Of a stretch of 64,000 bases of DNA, positions 30,161 through 40,053 are shown in pieces. Positions within the stretch are counted from its first letter, which is position 1. The number at the start of each line of letters is the position of its first letter. Source of the DNA: a virus. A program made the position numbers and the translations under genes. The notes beneath the pieces are model-generated. The model was not told where the DNA came from. It worked only from the letters and a program-made list of their open reading frames with translations, and did no database searches. The stretch is taken from IMG/VR virus record IMGVR_UViG_3300016471_000863; one strand, written 5' to 3'.

Positions 30161-30283
30161 ATAATTTAATTATTTCAATCATCTGTAATCCAAAAAAACC
30201 ACCAAGCAATTAAAATTGCAAAACAAATAAAATAGAAAATTATAGTTTCGGCTGATAGACCAAACATATAAATAATTACAGCT

Positions 30284-31108
30284 ATGAAAAAAGTAAAGAA
30301 TATCGCCTGGGCAACCGATACTCACTTTGAAATCGCTTCAGATAAACAATTCAAAAAATTTATCGATTCCTGCGAAGATTGTGATGCCCTGATACTAACC
30401 GGCGATATAGCTCAAGCTACTTCTTGGCAACATTATCTCTATAAAGTAGCTAAAAAACTAAACTCCATCCCCGTATTCTTTATCCTCGGTAATCATGACA
30501 TATATTACTCAGACCTACTAACAGAACATGATAAGCTCAAATATATCAATGTAGACAATCTATACCCGCTTACAATATTACCCCCATATATCATAGGAGA
30601 TGATATAGCCCTAATCGGTCATCAAAACTGGTGGGATGGTGGTTATTCCGGCGCACAAACAAACCTTATAGACCGAACCTTTATGTTCCAAGATTATACC
30701 CTCATAGATAACTTAAAACACTTTGTTAATGCAGAACAAAGATTTATTTGTCTCAGGGGTATGAGCGAAGCAGCTACAGATATTATCATGGATAAACTAA
30801 AAGCCGCACATGAAAAAGTAGATAATGTCATTCTTGCCGTTCATGTGCCGCCATATCCAGAAAACTGCACACATTTCGGTCTACCAATGATGGGTAACTT
30901 CTTATCACACTTCTCTTCAAGAACATTAGGAGATGCCCTGTTCTTCTATATGAGAAATAATCCAAATAAAAAACTACTTGTCTTATCCGGACATACTCAC
31001 GAGGAAACTGTCTTCAAACCTCTACCAAATCTCGTAAGCAGAACAACTAAAGCAAATCTCTTTAAACCAAGAACTCATACCATTCTTAAACTTAAAGATT
31101 TGTTTTGA
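30284..31108 (+). CDS. Calcineurin-like metallophosphoesterase
   Basis: WATDTH, LTGDI, ILGNHD, HVPP, SGHTH. Confidence 0.92.
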   Translation: MKKVKNIAWATDTHFEIASDKQFKKFIDSCEDCDALILTGDIAQATSWQHYLYKVAKKLNSIPVFFILGNHDIYYSDLLTEHDKLKYINVDNLYPLTILPPYIIGDDIALIGHQNWWDGGYSGAQTNLIDRTFMFQDYTLIDNLKHFVNAEQRFICLRGMSEAATDIIMDKLKAAHEKVDNVILAVHVPPYPENCTHFGLPMMGNFLSHFSSRTLGDALFFYMRNNPNKKLLVLSGHTHEETVFKPLPNLVSRTTKANLFKPRTHTILKLKDLF

Positions 31109-31453
31109 TTATCCTTTTAATAATTTTTTGTTATGTTTTTTCAAAAATTTATTTTGATTCTGATTTTGGAGAGATATTTCTTCTAGTTTAGTTTTTATTT
31201 CTTCTATTTCTCTTTCGAGAATTTCTATCTTTTTTTCCAATAATTCTTTTTCATTTTCTGAATTAGAATTTAGATATGCTGGTATATTTTGCGTATATTT
31301 AATAGTATCTAAATTATACAATTTTTGTAATTGATAATTTTTACAAACACAAGTAAATGTAGGTGGCGGGGGGGTTATGCCTCCCCAAACGTTAGGAACG
31401 TATATGGGAGCGCCACAAGAAGGACAATTTGATACAACATTCCATCCTGACAT
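31109..31453 (-). CDS. Small Zn-ribbon + coiled-coil protein
   Basis: CPSCGAPIY...CVC, C-terminal heptads. Confidence 0.65.
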   Translation of the reverse strand: MSGWNVVSNCPSCGAPIYVPNVWGGITPPPPTFTCVCKNYQLQKLYNLDTIKYTQNIPAYLNSNSENEKELLEKKIEILEREIEEIKTKLEEISLQNQNQNKFLKKHNKKLLKG

Positions 31454-31504
31454 ATATTTTTATACCTTTCTTATCTAATTATAAAAGAGCAAAAATTCAG
31501 CAAT

Positions 31505-32161
31505 ATGAATAAATATAACAAAATAATTTTAAAAAAATTGATTGAAAATGAAGTTTCTAATTATATTTCTATTCTTTTAGAACAAGAAACTCCCCCTGCT
31601 CCTCCTGCCACAGAAGATCCGCCTGCTCCGGAGCCTGCGGCAGCGCCGCCACCAGTTCCTCCTGCTGCACCAGAAGGTGCTCCTGCTGCGCCAACAGATG
31701 CTGCTACGCCTCCCGTAGATGCTGCGGCGGCAGGAGCACCACCAACAGATACCGGAGCAGCACCAGCAGCCGATCCTGCGGCAGTAACCCCACCCGCAGC
31801 AGGCGGCGAAGGTGGAGATATGGGAGGGGCACCTGGGGCACCGGATGCCGCAACAGGAGAACCCGAAGAAGAAACTTTTGGAATTAAACAAATCGAAGCG
31901 CCTCCTGATGCTGCACCGGAGCAAAGCGAAAAAATACAATTTAATAATAAATTGTTAGATTTGGCAAAAACAAAAAGAGAAGAATATAAAAATCTTACAA
32001 ATCCAGATCAGTTAATATGGAATGAATTAAAAACAGAATTAATAAATTCTAATAAAGATTTAAGCGAAGCAATACCAGCTACTTTAGCTTTATCGGTTTC
32101 TACAGATCAAATTATATCAGCAGTAGGACGTAATTTGGCAGTTTTTATATTACTTAAATAA
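31505..32161 (+). CDS. Pro/Ala-rich protein with leader module (candidate internal head protein)
   Basis: ILKKLIENEV...ILLEQE followed by about 110 aa of low-complexity Pro/Ala sequence. Confidence 0.8.
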   Translation: MNKYNKIILKKLIENEVSNYISILLEQETPPAPPATEDPPAPEPAAAPPPVPPAAPEGAPAAPTDAATPPVDAAAAGAPPTDTGAAPAADPAAVTPPAAGGEGGDMGGAPGAPDAATGEPEEETFGIKQIEAPPDAAPEQSEKIQFNNKLLDLAKTKREEYKNLTNPDQLIWNELKTELINSNKDLSEAIPATLALSVSTDQIISAVGRNLAVFILLK

Positions 32162-32188
32162 TATATAATTTAAGGTACGGAGAATTCA

Positions 32189-32503
32189 ATGAAGATTACC
32201 AAGCAAGAATTAAATGAAATTATTAAAGAAGCAGTCCAAAATAAATTAGCTTCTTTAAATGAGGATGTAAATTTCACAGCAAAAAGAAATGTTGTTATGG
32301 CGGCACAACATGCTGCAAAAGCATTTGAAAGCGAAATTATTAAAACATTTGATCTCCGACATCCAGATAAATTACCAACGGAAATACAAGAAGCATATTT
32401 CGCTATTGTAAAAGAAATGGAAAAAGATTTCGTCGCCGCAGTACAAAAAGCCGTTCGACAATTGGTTCGTTTCCCAAAAAATAAAGCAAGAAATGAACGA
32501 TGA
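32189..32503 (+). CDS. Leader-bearing hypothetical protein
   Basis: MKITKQELNEIIKEAVQNKLASLNE; GGAG RBS. Confidence 0.8.
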   Translation: MKITKQELNEIIKEAVQNKLASLNEDVNFTAKRNVVMAAQHAAKAFESEIIKTFDLRHPDKLPTEIQEAYFAIVKEMEKDFVAAVQKAVRQLVRFPKNKARNER

Positions 32504-32690
32504 TATAAAAAAAACGCTTGTAGAAGCGAGAGTATTCACAGCTTCAAAAGCAATAAATGAAATGCTTGATCTTCTTGAGCAATTGGGAGAAATTGAATTT
32601 TGTACAAAATTTGTTAATAGACTAAATGAAGATAAAAAGTTATTAAACATTCTTCAAGAAATAAAAAGAAAAGAAAAATTAGGTTTTTAA
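32493..32690 (+). CDS. Hypothetical protein
   Basis: 65-aa ORF coupled to both neighbours. Confidence 0.65.
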   Translation: MNDDIKKTLVEARVFTASKAINEMLDLLEQLGEIEFCTKFVNRLNEDKKLLNILQEIKRKEKLGF

Positions 32691-32691
32691 T

Positions 32692-33276
32692 ATGACAACA
32701 TTTAATTCAAAACGTTTTGCAAAATTAGCTGGACTTCTTAAAGAAAATTTAGGAAGTGCAGAAGATGCAGAAAATACAGCAGATTTAGCAGCTCTTGGAA
32801 TAGAAAGGCGTCTCGGCGGTCCTGGCGGAGTAGAAGGATTTGGCAGACGAGGCGGCAAAAGAATGGAAGAATCAAGAAAATCAAATAAGCAAGTTCTTTC
32901 TTCTTCTCCCGTATCAATTTCTTTAAAAGCCGTAATGAAAAGCTGCGATCATTTAAACGAATGCGGTTGTCAAATGCAAGCTCCATTTGACGCACCAGAA
33001 GATGAACCACAAGGCTATATGCTTGTGCAAAATTTAAAGAAATTGGCAGCAAAAGCAGCAGAACTATCAACAATGGCAAATCATGATGACGATGCAGAAC
33101 CATGGGTTGAAAGCAAAATTAACTCAGCGGCTAAAGAAATAGATGCCATTTATGATTATATCAAATATGGTCGTCCATCTGATCCTCATATGATGCATCA
33201 TGAAAAAGACATGCCACATGATGATTTTTCAGATATTGATATGCATGTAGTTAATACTTATGAAGAAAATGAATGA
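32692..33276 (+). CDS. Leader-bearing hypothetical protein
   Basis: RFAKLAGLLKE; HLNECG; EPWVESKI...IYDYIKY. Confidence 0.8.
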   Translation: MTTFNSKRFAKLAGLLKENLGSAEDAENTADLAALGIERRLGGPGGVEGFGRRGGKRMEESRKSNKQVLSSSPVSISLKAVMKSCDHLNECGCQMQAPFDAPEDEPQGYMLVQNLKKLAAKAAELSTMANHDDDAEPWVESKINSAAKEIDAIYDYIKYGRPSDPHMMHHEKDMPHDDFSDIDMHVVNTYEENE

Positions 33277-33279
33277 GAG

Positions 33280-34737
33280 ATGAGTATGGAAAATAAAAAA
33301 TTAAAATTATTAATTGAATCAAATGTTCGTTCTATTATAAAAGAAGAAAAACGTAAAATCCTACTAGAGAAAAAAGTAAATAAACTTCTTACCGAAAGAA
33401 AACAATTATCCGAAAAAGCTGTTTTATTAGAAAATAATTATAAAATTAATCAAAGAAAATTAGCAAAATTAAATGAAGCAATTCAGATGAATGAAAATTT
33501 CCTATCTAAAATAGGAAGAGCCTTCAAAGGTCTTTTTGGTGGATTAAAATCAGATGATCTTGACCAGATGTCAAAAGAAAAAGAACAAAAGACTATTGCT
33601 CAAAAAGAGCAATATACCCAAAAAAAATTAAATATAATTTATGATTTAATTGATAAATTAGAAGATAAAATTAGAAATAAATTTGCCCCCCATATTGATA
33701 GAATTCCTACCGTAAAAGAAATAGAAGATTTTTCAAAAGAAACTAGAAATTTATACACTACATTAATTGATTCTTTCCCTGAATTAAAAGGAAAAACTAT
33801 TACTGATTTATTAAAACCTCTTTCAAATGCAGAAGCTGCGGAATATGATAAGTTTGTTGGTTCCGGCAAAGGAAGTTCTTCTATTCCAGGTAAATTCCTA
33901 ACTGATATGGGAAAACTAAAAAGAAGTGTTCTTTCAATTATTAGAAGCGTTCAAGATGCTCTTGAAGGTCATGCAGCCAAGCTAAAAGCAAAACAAAAAC
34001 AAACGGAAGAAGATTATTCGGATATAATAAGAGAATTAGAATTGAAAAACAAATCTTTAAAAGATTTATTGCAATCTAATGGTGAAGCACTGTTATCAGG
34101 AAAACTTCCTGTAGAGCCTATTGGCTATGGAACTCCAGGTTGGGCGAAAGCTGCCACAGGATTTAGAAAGGCACCCAGAAGAACTGGTGATGGTCCTAAA
34201 ATGCCAGAAACGGAAAGAAAGCCTTTAGCTACAGCAGTTTCAGATCAAGCAGTTAAAGGAACAGAAAAGGCTCTGGATAAATTAAAAAGTGGCATTACCA
34301 ATGTCATTGCACAAGTGACGCAGGCAGCACAAGCAGCACCACCAGAGGATAGGGCAGAAATCGTTAAGGTAATGAGAGTAATTCCAATTAGAGATGTGCC
34401 CAGAGTGCAAACACAGCCCGCGCCGCCCCAAGAAATTGGGTATGAAAACAATTTAGAAGATGCCAGACGAAAGTTAGGAAAACTAACAGGAGCATATGGT
34501 AATGTTATGGGACGAATTAGTAAAGTTGAATCTGATTCAATACAAAAAAGAGGACAATTAGAAGATCCAAATATCAAAAACAGAGAAAAATTACAAGGTT
34601 CTTTATTAATTAAAGGCATGAGTCTAGTTAATTTGCAAGACGAAGCCGAACAAATTGAACGAAGTATAGTTCTACTCAGAAATTTACTTAATGACCTACA
34701 AGAATCAATTAAAAGAAAAAATAAAAAAATTGTTTGA
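33280..34737 (+). CDS. Leader-bearing helical protein (candidate ejection protein)
   Basis: LKLLIESNVRSIIKEE, multiple L-x-E sites, amphipathic NFLSKIGRAFKGLFGG. Confidence 0.8.
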   Translation: MSMENKKLKLLIESNVRSIIKEEKRKILLEKKVNKLLTERKQLSEKAVLLENNYKINQRKLAKLNEAIQMNENFLSKIGRAFKGLFGGLKSDDLDQMSKEKEQKTIAQKEQYTQKKLNIIYDLIDKLEDKIRNKFAPHIDRIPTVKEIEDFSKETRNLYTTLIDSFPELKGKTITDLLKPLSNAEAAEYDKFVGSGKGSSSIPGKFLTDMGKLKRSVLSIIRSVQDALEGHAAKLKAKQKQTEEDYSDIIRELELKNKSLKDLLQSNGEALLSGKLPVEPIGYGTPGWAKAATGFRKAPRRTGDGPKMPETERKPLATAVSDQAVKGTEKALDKLKSGITNVIAQVTQAAQAAPPEDRAEIVKVMRVIPIRDVPRVQTQPAPPQEIGYENNLEDARRKLGKLTGAYGNVMGRISKVESDSIQKRGQLEDPNIKNREKLQGSLLIKGMSLVNLQDEAEQIERSIVLLRNLLNDLQESIKRKNKKIV

Positions 34738-34770
34738 AGTTTTTAGACAATAGTCAACTAGGAAACAACT

Positions 34771-35100
34771 ATGAAAATAACAAAGCAAGAATTAAATAAA
34801 ATTATTAAAGAAGCTGTACAGAAAAAATTAAAAGAAGCAGCTCTAGACTATACAGATTTGCTTCCTGGTGTTGATGGCGGGTTACAGGAATATGTGGAAG
34901 AAGTTGAAGTATTTTTATTAGAAACAGCTAATCGTGCAGAAGAGCTTTATAAAAAAGCCGATGACATGATGAGAGCAGATATTCTCAATCATCCAAAAAT
35001 CGGTGAAAAGAATAGAGTTCTTCTTGCTCATGCTGGTGTTCTGCGAACTTTACACGGCAATATTACAACAATATTCCGTTATCTACGCCAGCAGGGCTGA
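34771..35100 (+). CDS. Leader-bearing hypothetical protein
   Basis: MKITKQELNKIIKEAVQKKLKE. Confidence 0.8.
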   Translation: MKITKQELNKIIKEAVQKKLKEAALDYTDLLPGVDGGLQEYVEEVEVFLLETANRAEELYKKADDMMRADILNHPKIGEKNRVLLAHAGVLRTLHGNITTIFRYLRQQG

Positions 35101-35153
35101 ACTCTTCAGGTTTTTAATATACAACTGTTGTTTTTGTTTTCATTATTTTTAAC

Positions 35154-36035
35154 ATGACTACGAAAACAACAGTTTCTATTTTTGGCGGCGGATTTGTTGG
35201 CGGCACAACATATAAAGTTCTTAAAAAACTAGAAGAAGTCCAATGGGATAAATGGGAAATATTATTATACGATCCCAATTCTAATATAGCAACTCATTCA
35301 AAAGAAGAAGCAATAGCAAAAGCAGATATAGCTTTTATTGCCGTACCCACTCCAACAGATTTGAAAACAAAAACATGTGATACTGCAATAGTAGAATCTG
35401 CTGTAGAAGAAATAAGAAATGGAAATTCTTCTTGCGAAATAATAATTAAATCAACGGTTCCGCCAGGAACCACAGAAAAATTAGCTAAAAAGTTTAGCAA
35501 AATATTCTTCAATCCAGAGTTTTTAACTGAGAAGAATGCTTTGCAAGATTTTTTATCTATTGAATATCAATTGTTAGGTGTATCGAAAAATGAACAAGAT
35601 AAAGATGATCTATTTGAAAAAACCCAAAACCTGTTTAAAACTCTCTCAGAAGAAAAAATCTGGCAAACAAAGCACATAATTCTAGGAGATGCTACAAGCA
35701 CAGAATTGGCAAAATATGGCAGAAATGCTTATCTGGCAGCAAGGTTATCATATTTCCAAGAATTAAGAGCTATAAGCGAAGCATTAAATTGCGATCCAGA
35801 ATATGTAAAAGGCGTAGTTGGTTTAGATCCAAGAATAGGAAACCATTACAATACTTTTAATGGTAAATGGGGCGGGAAATGTTTGGCAAAAGACATAAAT
35901 GCTCTCATGGGAGTAGCTTTAGAGGCTGGAGTAGAACCAGTGTTTCTTGAGGCTGTTTGGGAGCGAAATACGTTAACCCCAGGAGAAGAAGACTGGCTTC
36001 AATTTCCTGATGCTATCCTTTCTAAAAGGGAATGA
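35154..36035 (+). CDS. ugd: UDP-glucose/GDP-mannose dehydrogenase family protein (short form lacking the C-terminal domain)
   Basis: GGGFVG, FIAVPTP, IKSTVPPGT, NPEFLTE, ELAKY, DPRIG, GGKCLAKD. Confidence 0.9.
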   Translation: MTTKTTVSIFGGGFVGGTTYKVLKKLEEVQWDKWEILLYDPNSNIATHSKEEAIAKADIAFIAVPTPTDLKTKTCDTAIVESAVEEIRNGNSSCEIIIKSTVPPGTTEKLAKKFSKIFFNPEFLTEKNALQDFLSIEYQLLGVSKNEQDKDDLFEKTQNLFKTLSEEKIWQTKHIILGDATSTELAKYGRNAYLAARLSYFQELRAISEALNCDPEYVKGVVGLDPRIGNHYNTFNGKWGGKCLAKDINALMGVALEAGVEPVFLEAVWERNTLTPGEEDWLQFPDAILSKRE

Positions 36036-36043
36036 AATTTAAA

Positions 36044-36316
36044 TCAAACTGAATGATGAAGAACTTTTTGTTCTTCATCGCTTTCTGTATTTTCAGCGGA
36101 TTCAACTGGTACTTTTTGCGCCGCTGCTTTTGCAGCTTGAACAGCCTTCTTGAAGACCATTGCTCCTTCACGATCTTCTTTCATTCGTGTTTTGGCTTCT
36201 CGATCATAGCGAACGTTTAGATATTCCTCTAAAGCCTTATAAGCCTCTTTTGCTACCTCTAACGTCACATCATCTGCGAATCTTTCAAAGTGTTTTAAAA
36301 TATTTTTTACGAGCAT
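36044..36316 (-). CDS. Hypothetical protein
   Basis: 90-aa ORF with GGAG RBS. Confidence 0.7.
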   Translation of the reverse strand: MLVKNILKHFERFADDVTLEVAKEAYKALEEYLNVRYDREAKTRMKEDREGAMVFKKAVQAAKAAAQKVPVESAENTESDEEQKVLHHSV

Positions 36317-36403
36317 ATTTTCTCCAAAATTTTAATATGTATTACTTACATATGTTGTAACTACAATTATACAACATAATTAATAATAATTGCAAAGGTA
36401 TTT

Positions 36404-37054
36404 ATGTCAAGCAGAGAAAGATTAGAATTTAAAAGAAAAATGTTTGAATCAAAGCAAGCTAGAATTTATGGAACAGCAGTTCTAAAAGAAGAAAAAGAAT
36501 CTTCTGGCGAAAAAGATCCATTAAGACTTGCATACATGAAAGATTCTAGCGTCATGACTCACCCTGTTCTTGATTTAGGAACCGCCGAACATCCAGAGCC
36601 AGAAAGAGCAGAAGATACAAATGTTTCTTTCGAAAAAGAAAAAGAAGCACCTGTAAAGATGCCAAAATCTAAAGAAGGCGCTCCTCCAAAGCCATTAGAT
36701 CCACACAAGCTTCTAAAAGCAGATGAGAAAAATGTTGCGGAGAAACAAGAAGAAGTTGAAGAAGTTTTAAAATTAAAAGAAACCATCAAGCATCTTGTAA
36801 TGGAAGAATTGCAAGAAGCAGCCAAAACTTACAAAGGCAAATCTATGCGTTTAGGTGGCGGTGGTCGCTTTGCTAAAATGGTTGATGCCATTGTTCGAAA
36901 AGGTTATTCAAAAAAATCTGCAAAAGCTATTGCGGCAAAAATTGGTCGTGATACCTACGGAAAACAAAAAATGGCTCAATGGGCAGCAGCGGGAAAAAAA
37001 AGAAAATCTAAGAATAAAAAAATAGATGAATTGATGTTAAATATTGGGGAATGA
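36404..37054 (+). CDS. Protein with internal leader module and C-terminal basic domain
   Basis: LKETIKHLVMEELQE then GGGGRFAKM...AIAAKIGRDTYGKQKMAQWAAAGKKRK. Confidence 0.8.
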   Translation: MSSRERLEFKRKMFESKQARIYGTAVLKEEKESSGEKDPLRLAYMKDSSVMTHPVLDLGTAEHPEPERAEDTNVSFEKEKEAPVKMPKSKEGAPPKPLDPHKLLKADEKNVAEKQEEVEEVLKLKETIKHLVMEELQEAAKTYKGKSMRLGGGGRFAKMVDAIVRKGYSKKSAKAIAAKIGRDTYGKQKMAQWAAAGKKRKSKNKKIDELMLNIGE

Positions 37055-37438
37055 TAATAGCTCAAAGTACCCCACTAAATCCCCTGCGGTTTCTGATAGT
37101 ATAAAATATAGATTTTTATTTTCGTATAATATTTTATACAATCGATAACGTTTGCCGCCTAAACCTTTTCTCTCTTCTATGTCTAAAAGCAAAACAATTT
37201 GATTCCATTGAATGGAGCTATATTCTTTTGATAAAAAAGAAATAGAATTCATCAAAAAGTCTTTCATAGACTCGATCCACAGCATATGTTTATTAAATTT
37301 CTTAGAACTTGAAACTTGTTCTTCGCTTAAAACAATATGAGGAGTCGTTAGTCTATATTGTAACAGTTTGCCTATCAATTCTCTTTCTGCTTCTAACGTT
37401 GCCACAACTACATTTTTTGGCTTTCTAAAAGCTGCCAA
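37037..37438 (-). CDS. Hypothetical protein (paralog family)
   Basis: IGKLLQYR...IVLLLD...LYKILYENKNLYFI. Confidence 0.7.
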   Translation of the reverse strand: MAAFRKPKNVVVATLEAERELIGKLLQYRLTTPHIVLSEEQVSSSKKFNKHMLWIESMKDFLMNSISFLSKEYSSIQWNQIVLLLDIEERKGLGGKRYRLYKILYENKNLYFILSETAGDLVGYFELLSFPNI

Positions 37439-37914
37439 AAAGCATTTTCATTTATTATTTTTATATTGCGACATTTAGCTTTGTTTATTTTTTGTGTTTT
37501 TTCAGAAGCATTTGAAATCAAATAATCAACATTATCAGAAATATTTTCCTTATAGGAAGCTCCAAAAAAATTAATGAAAGTTTCATAAAATGATCTATGA
37601 TATTTCAATCTTCCAGTTATGCAAAAATTTTTATTGGCTAAAGAATTATTTGGCTTTACAAAGTAAAAATACTTTTTCAAAGTATATGGAATTTCTAAAG
37701 TTTTTTCTTCACATAAGACTTTTATAACTTTATTGCCTGATGGCTGTCTATAAACGTCTGTAACAAATGCTATTTTTCCAAATGAAAATGCTTCTACTGT
37801 TTCGAAAGAATCTTTTTTCCATGTAATTTCTACATTATCGCAACAAACCATGTAATAGCCAATTTGTGGATATAAAAATTTCTTACCACTAAATGTAATA
37901 TTATTTTTTTTCAT
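37408..37914 (-). CDS. BRCT-domain protein
   Basis: LANKNFCITGRL...GASYKENISDNVDYLI...KINKAK...IINENAFWQLL, NAD-ligase-type BRCT. Confidence 0.85.
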   Translation of the reverse strand: MKKNNITFSGKKFLYPQIGYYMVCCDNVEITWKKDSFETVEAFSFGKIAFVTDVYRQPSGNKVIKVLCEEKTLEIPYTLKKYFYFVKPNNSLANKNFCITGRLKYHRSFYETFINFFGASYKENISDNVDYLISNASEKTQKINKAKCRNIKIINENAFWQLLESQKM

Positions 37915-38302
37915 TTTTCATATATTCTTCTAAGATTTTTAACTTAGATAGAATTAATTGTAGTTCTTTGCTATGTGTTTTTAAACACAATTGAGAAGCT
38001 AGTTCTATTATGTCAAACAACATTTCATTTTTGTTATTTTTAATATCTGTTTCCAGTTCTTTGTGAAGATAATATTTTCCTATCCATATTGCTTCACTTC
38101 GTTGATTTATAATTTGAACTCTAGTATTACTTTCATCTAGAATTAAAACTCCATCTCCTAGTAGATCTCTTGAAAGATATCCCTCACAATTACTTTGCGG
38201 ATTTGAATAATAAGGAATTGTTTTATTCTTTCTTAATAAAAATATTTTCCCAATCATCGGTTTAAATTTTATATGTAAACTACGTTTTGCTGGCATTTTC
38301 AC
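37901..38302 (-). CDS. Hypothetical protein (paralog family)
   Basis: IGKIFLLR...GVLILDE...VQII...IWI. Confidence 0.65.
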   Translation of the reverse strand: MKMPAKRSLHIKFKPMIGKIFLLRKNKTIPYYSNPQSNCEGYLSRDLLGDGVLILDESNTRVQIINQRSEAIWIGKYYLHKELETDIKNNKNEMLFDIIELASQLCLKTHSKELQLILSKLKILEEYMKNEKK

Positions 38303-38323
38303 TTAAGTATTATATGAAATAAA

Positions 38324-38352
38324 AATGGGATCCAAATTGTCCGGATCCCATT
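38324..38352 (-). terminator. Intrinsic terminator
   Basis: AATGGGATCC-N9-GGATCCCATT perfect 10-bp stem, T-run on the minus strand, about 25 nt after the stop of 38378..39751. Confidence 0.75.
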
Positions 38353-38377
38353 CTTATAAATTAAAAAATATCTCCAT

Positions 38378-39751
38378 TCAAGATGGAATTAATTTATCTT
38401 TATCGATAACATCTGGTACTAAATCTGTTCTAGGAACACTTCTGATATCTGGAGTTAGATCTCCTTCGGAAACCGTTCTTTCTGCTGGCGGGGGAATAAA
38501 ACGTTTTCCTGATGGTACAGGTGGTGCCGCTGATATTGTTATATCTACTCCTAGAATTTTACTTACTAAACTATTAGTAAAATTAGAACTAATACCGATG
38601 CTGGTAAATTGTCCTGATTCTCCTAATTGATAAGCCCATGTTACAGTCCTTGTTTCACCGGAATAAGTTAATTGTTGTCCTACAGACACAGAATAAATAC
38701 CAGTAAGAACCAATAATTCTTCTGAGTTTTGCGAGACAACTTCATCGCTCATTGGTTCTCTTGTATATGTTATTGTATCTAAATCAATAACTGGTACAGG
38801 CGATAATGGTTCATTTACTGATATTTCTCCTGTTCCTTGTTTGCTGAACCAATATTCATTTCCTTTATATTGGACAAAAGCTCCGTTGCTTGGCCATAAG
38901 TATGGATTTATGTTTTTAAGAATCACCCCAATTCTTCCATCATCTATATAAGAAAATATTTTATAACTTGCACTAATCACAGGGGCAACACCTGGAGTTA
39001 CTACAATGTTTGTTCCTATAAATTTTGTTTTTGGATCTAGTGTAAAAGCTTCATTCAGAGTAAGCTGATAGGTTGAAAACCCTAGTCCGACATCCCCGCC
39101 GCTGCCAAAGAATGCAGTTGTTATCAATCTAGTTTCCCCACCGTATTCCAAGAAATCTCCAGCGCCTGCACTGGCAGTTAAATATACATATAATTTTGCG
39201 GGTGAAATACTTTGAGTTATGACCTGACTGCTTGTAAGATATCCTGCAAATGTTACTGTCGATACATCGACTATAGGCTCTGGATTAAAAGCTGGTCTAG
39301 CAATAAATTGAGAAGCTCCTTCTTGTAAAAAATATAGATTAGAATTATATTCTATGAAACCCTTCGCAGTTGAAGTTGGGCTAGCTTCAAGTAAAGTAAA
39401 GGTAGTGAAGTTTTCTCCAGAAAAACTTGCTATTGTATAACTAGAACCACTAACTAAGGTTCCGCTTACAGGAGTTTCGCCTTCTTCTCCTCCTCCTCCG
39501 CCGCCGCCGCCGCCGATTCCGGAACCCTTCCCGCCGCCGAAAGCAGGTTGAACAGTAACTGTATCTCCAGGCACTAGTGCCGGTGAAAAGGCGCTATCTA
39601 TTATAGCATTGCTGAAAAATACATTTGTTACTGTTTTGTATTGACCGTCCTTAATAATTAAATCGCCTACTGCTGGTGTATAACCAGTTAATACCACCGT
39701 TACTGTTTCGCCGGTATCTGTGTAGTTACTTACCGTATATTGTGTTGTCAT
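38378..39751 (-). CDS. Beta-rich virion-like protein with internal repeats and poly-Gly hinge
   Basis: Repeated G(D/Q)xLxYxGExRxVT and G(F/A)xxY(N/K)xNxY modules; G9 linker; T/S/V-rich. Confidence 0.75.
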   Translation of the reverse strand: MTTQYTVSNYTDTGETVTVVLTGYTPAVGDLIIKDGQYKTVTNVFFSNAIIDSAFSPALVPGDTVTVQPAFGGGKGSGIGGGGGGGGGEEGETPVSGTLVSGSSYTIASFSGENFTTFTLLEASPTSTAKGFIEYNSNLYFLQEGASQFIARPAFNPEPIVDVSTVTFAGYLTSSQVITQSISPAKLYVYLTASAGAGDFLEYGGETRLITTAFFGSGGDVGLGFSTYQLTLNEAFTLDPKTKFIGTNIVVTPGVAPVISASYKIFSYIDDGRIGVILKNINPYLWPSNGAFVQYKGNEYWFSKQGTGEISVNEPLSPVPVIDLDTITYTREPMSDEVVSQNSEELLVLTGIYSVSVGQQLTYSGETRTVTWAYQLGESGQFTSIGISSNFTNSLVSKILGVDITISAAPPVPSGKRFIPPPAERTVSEGDLTPDIRSVPRTDLVPDVIDKDKLIPS

Positions 39752-40053
39752 ATAATGTGAATCTCCTATTTGCTAAGACAAAACAAACAAATATTCTAAG
39801 CGAGAATAAATATTCTTATTATTCTTACAATGAAATTTAATTTTATCAAAATTAATTTATAATTGCATTTATGGATTATTAATATAATAAATTTAATAAC
39901 AGCAATTATTAATTGAATAATGTTTTCAATTTATAAATTAGTAATCATGAAATGAATCAAACAAATTAATTAAACTAATAGTTTAGCAACTAGCAGCACA
40001 GTAAGAATTTATTTTCTTTGAATAAAAATATTTTGTTCATTACTAATATTTTT

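Noticed and set aside
39752-40053. Extremely AT-rich 300-bp spacer as a replication origin or ncRNA
   Set aside because: No iterons or convincing stable structure seen; compatible with a promoter/terminator region, so it cannot be supported
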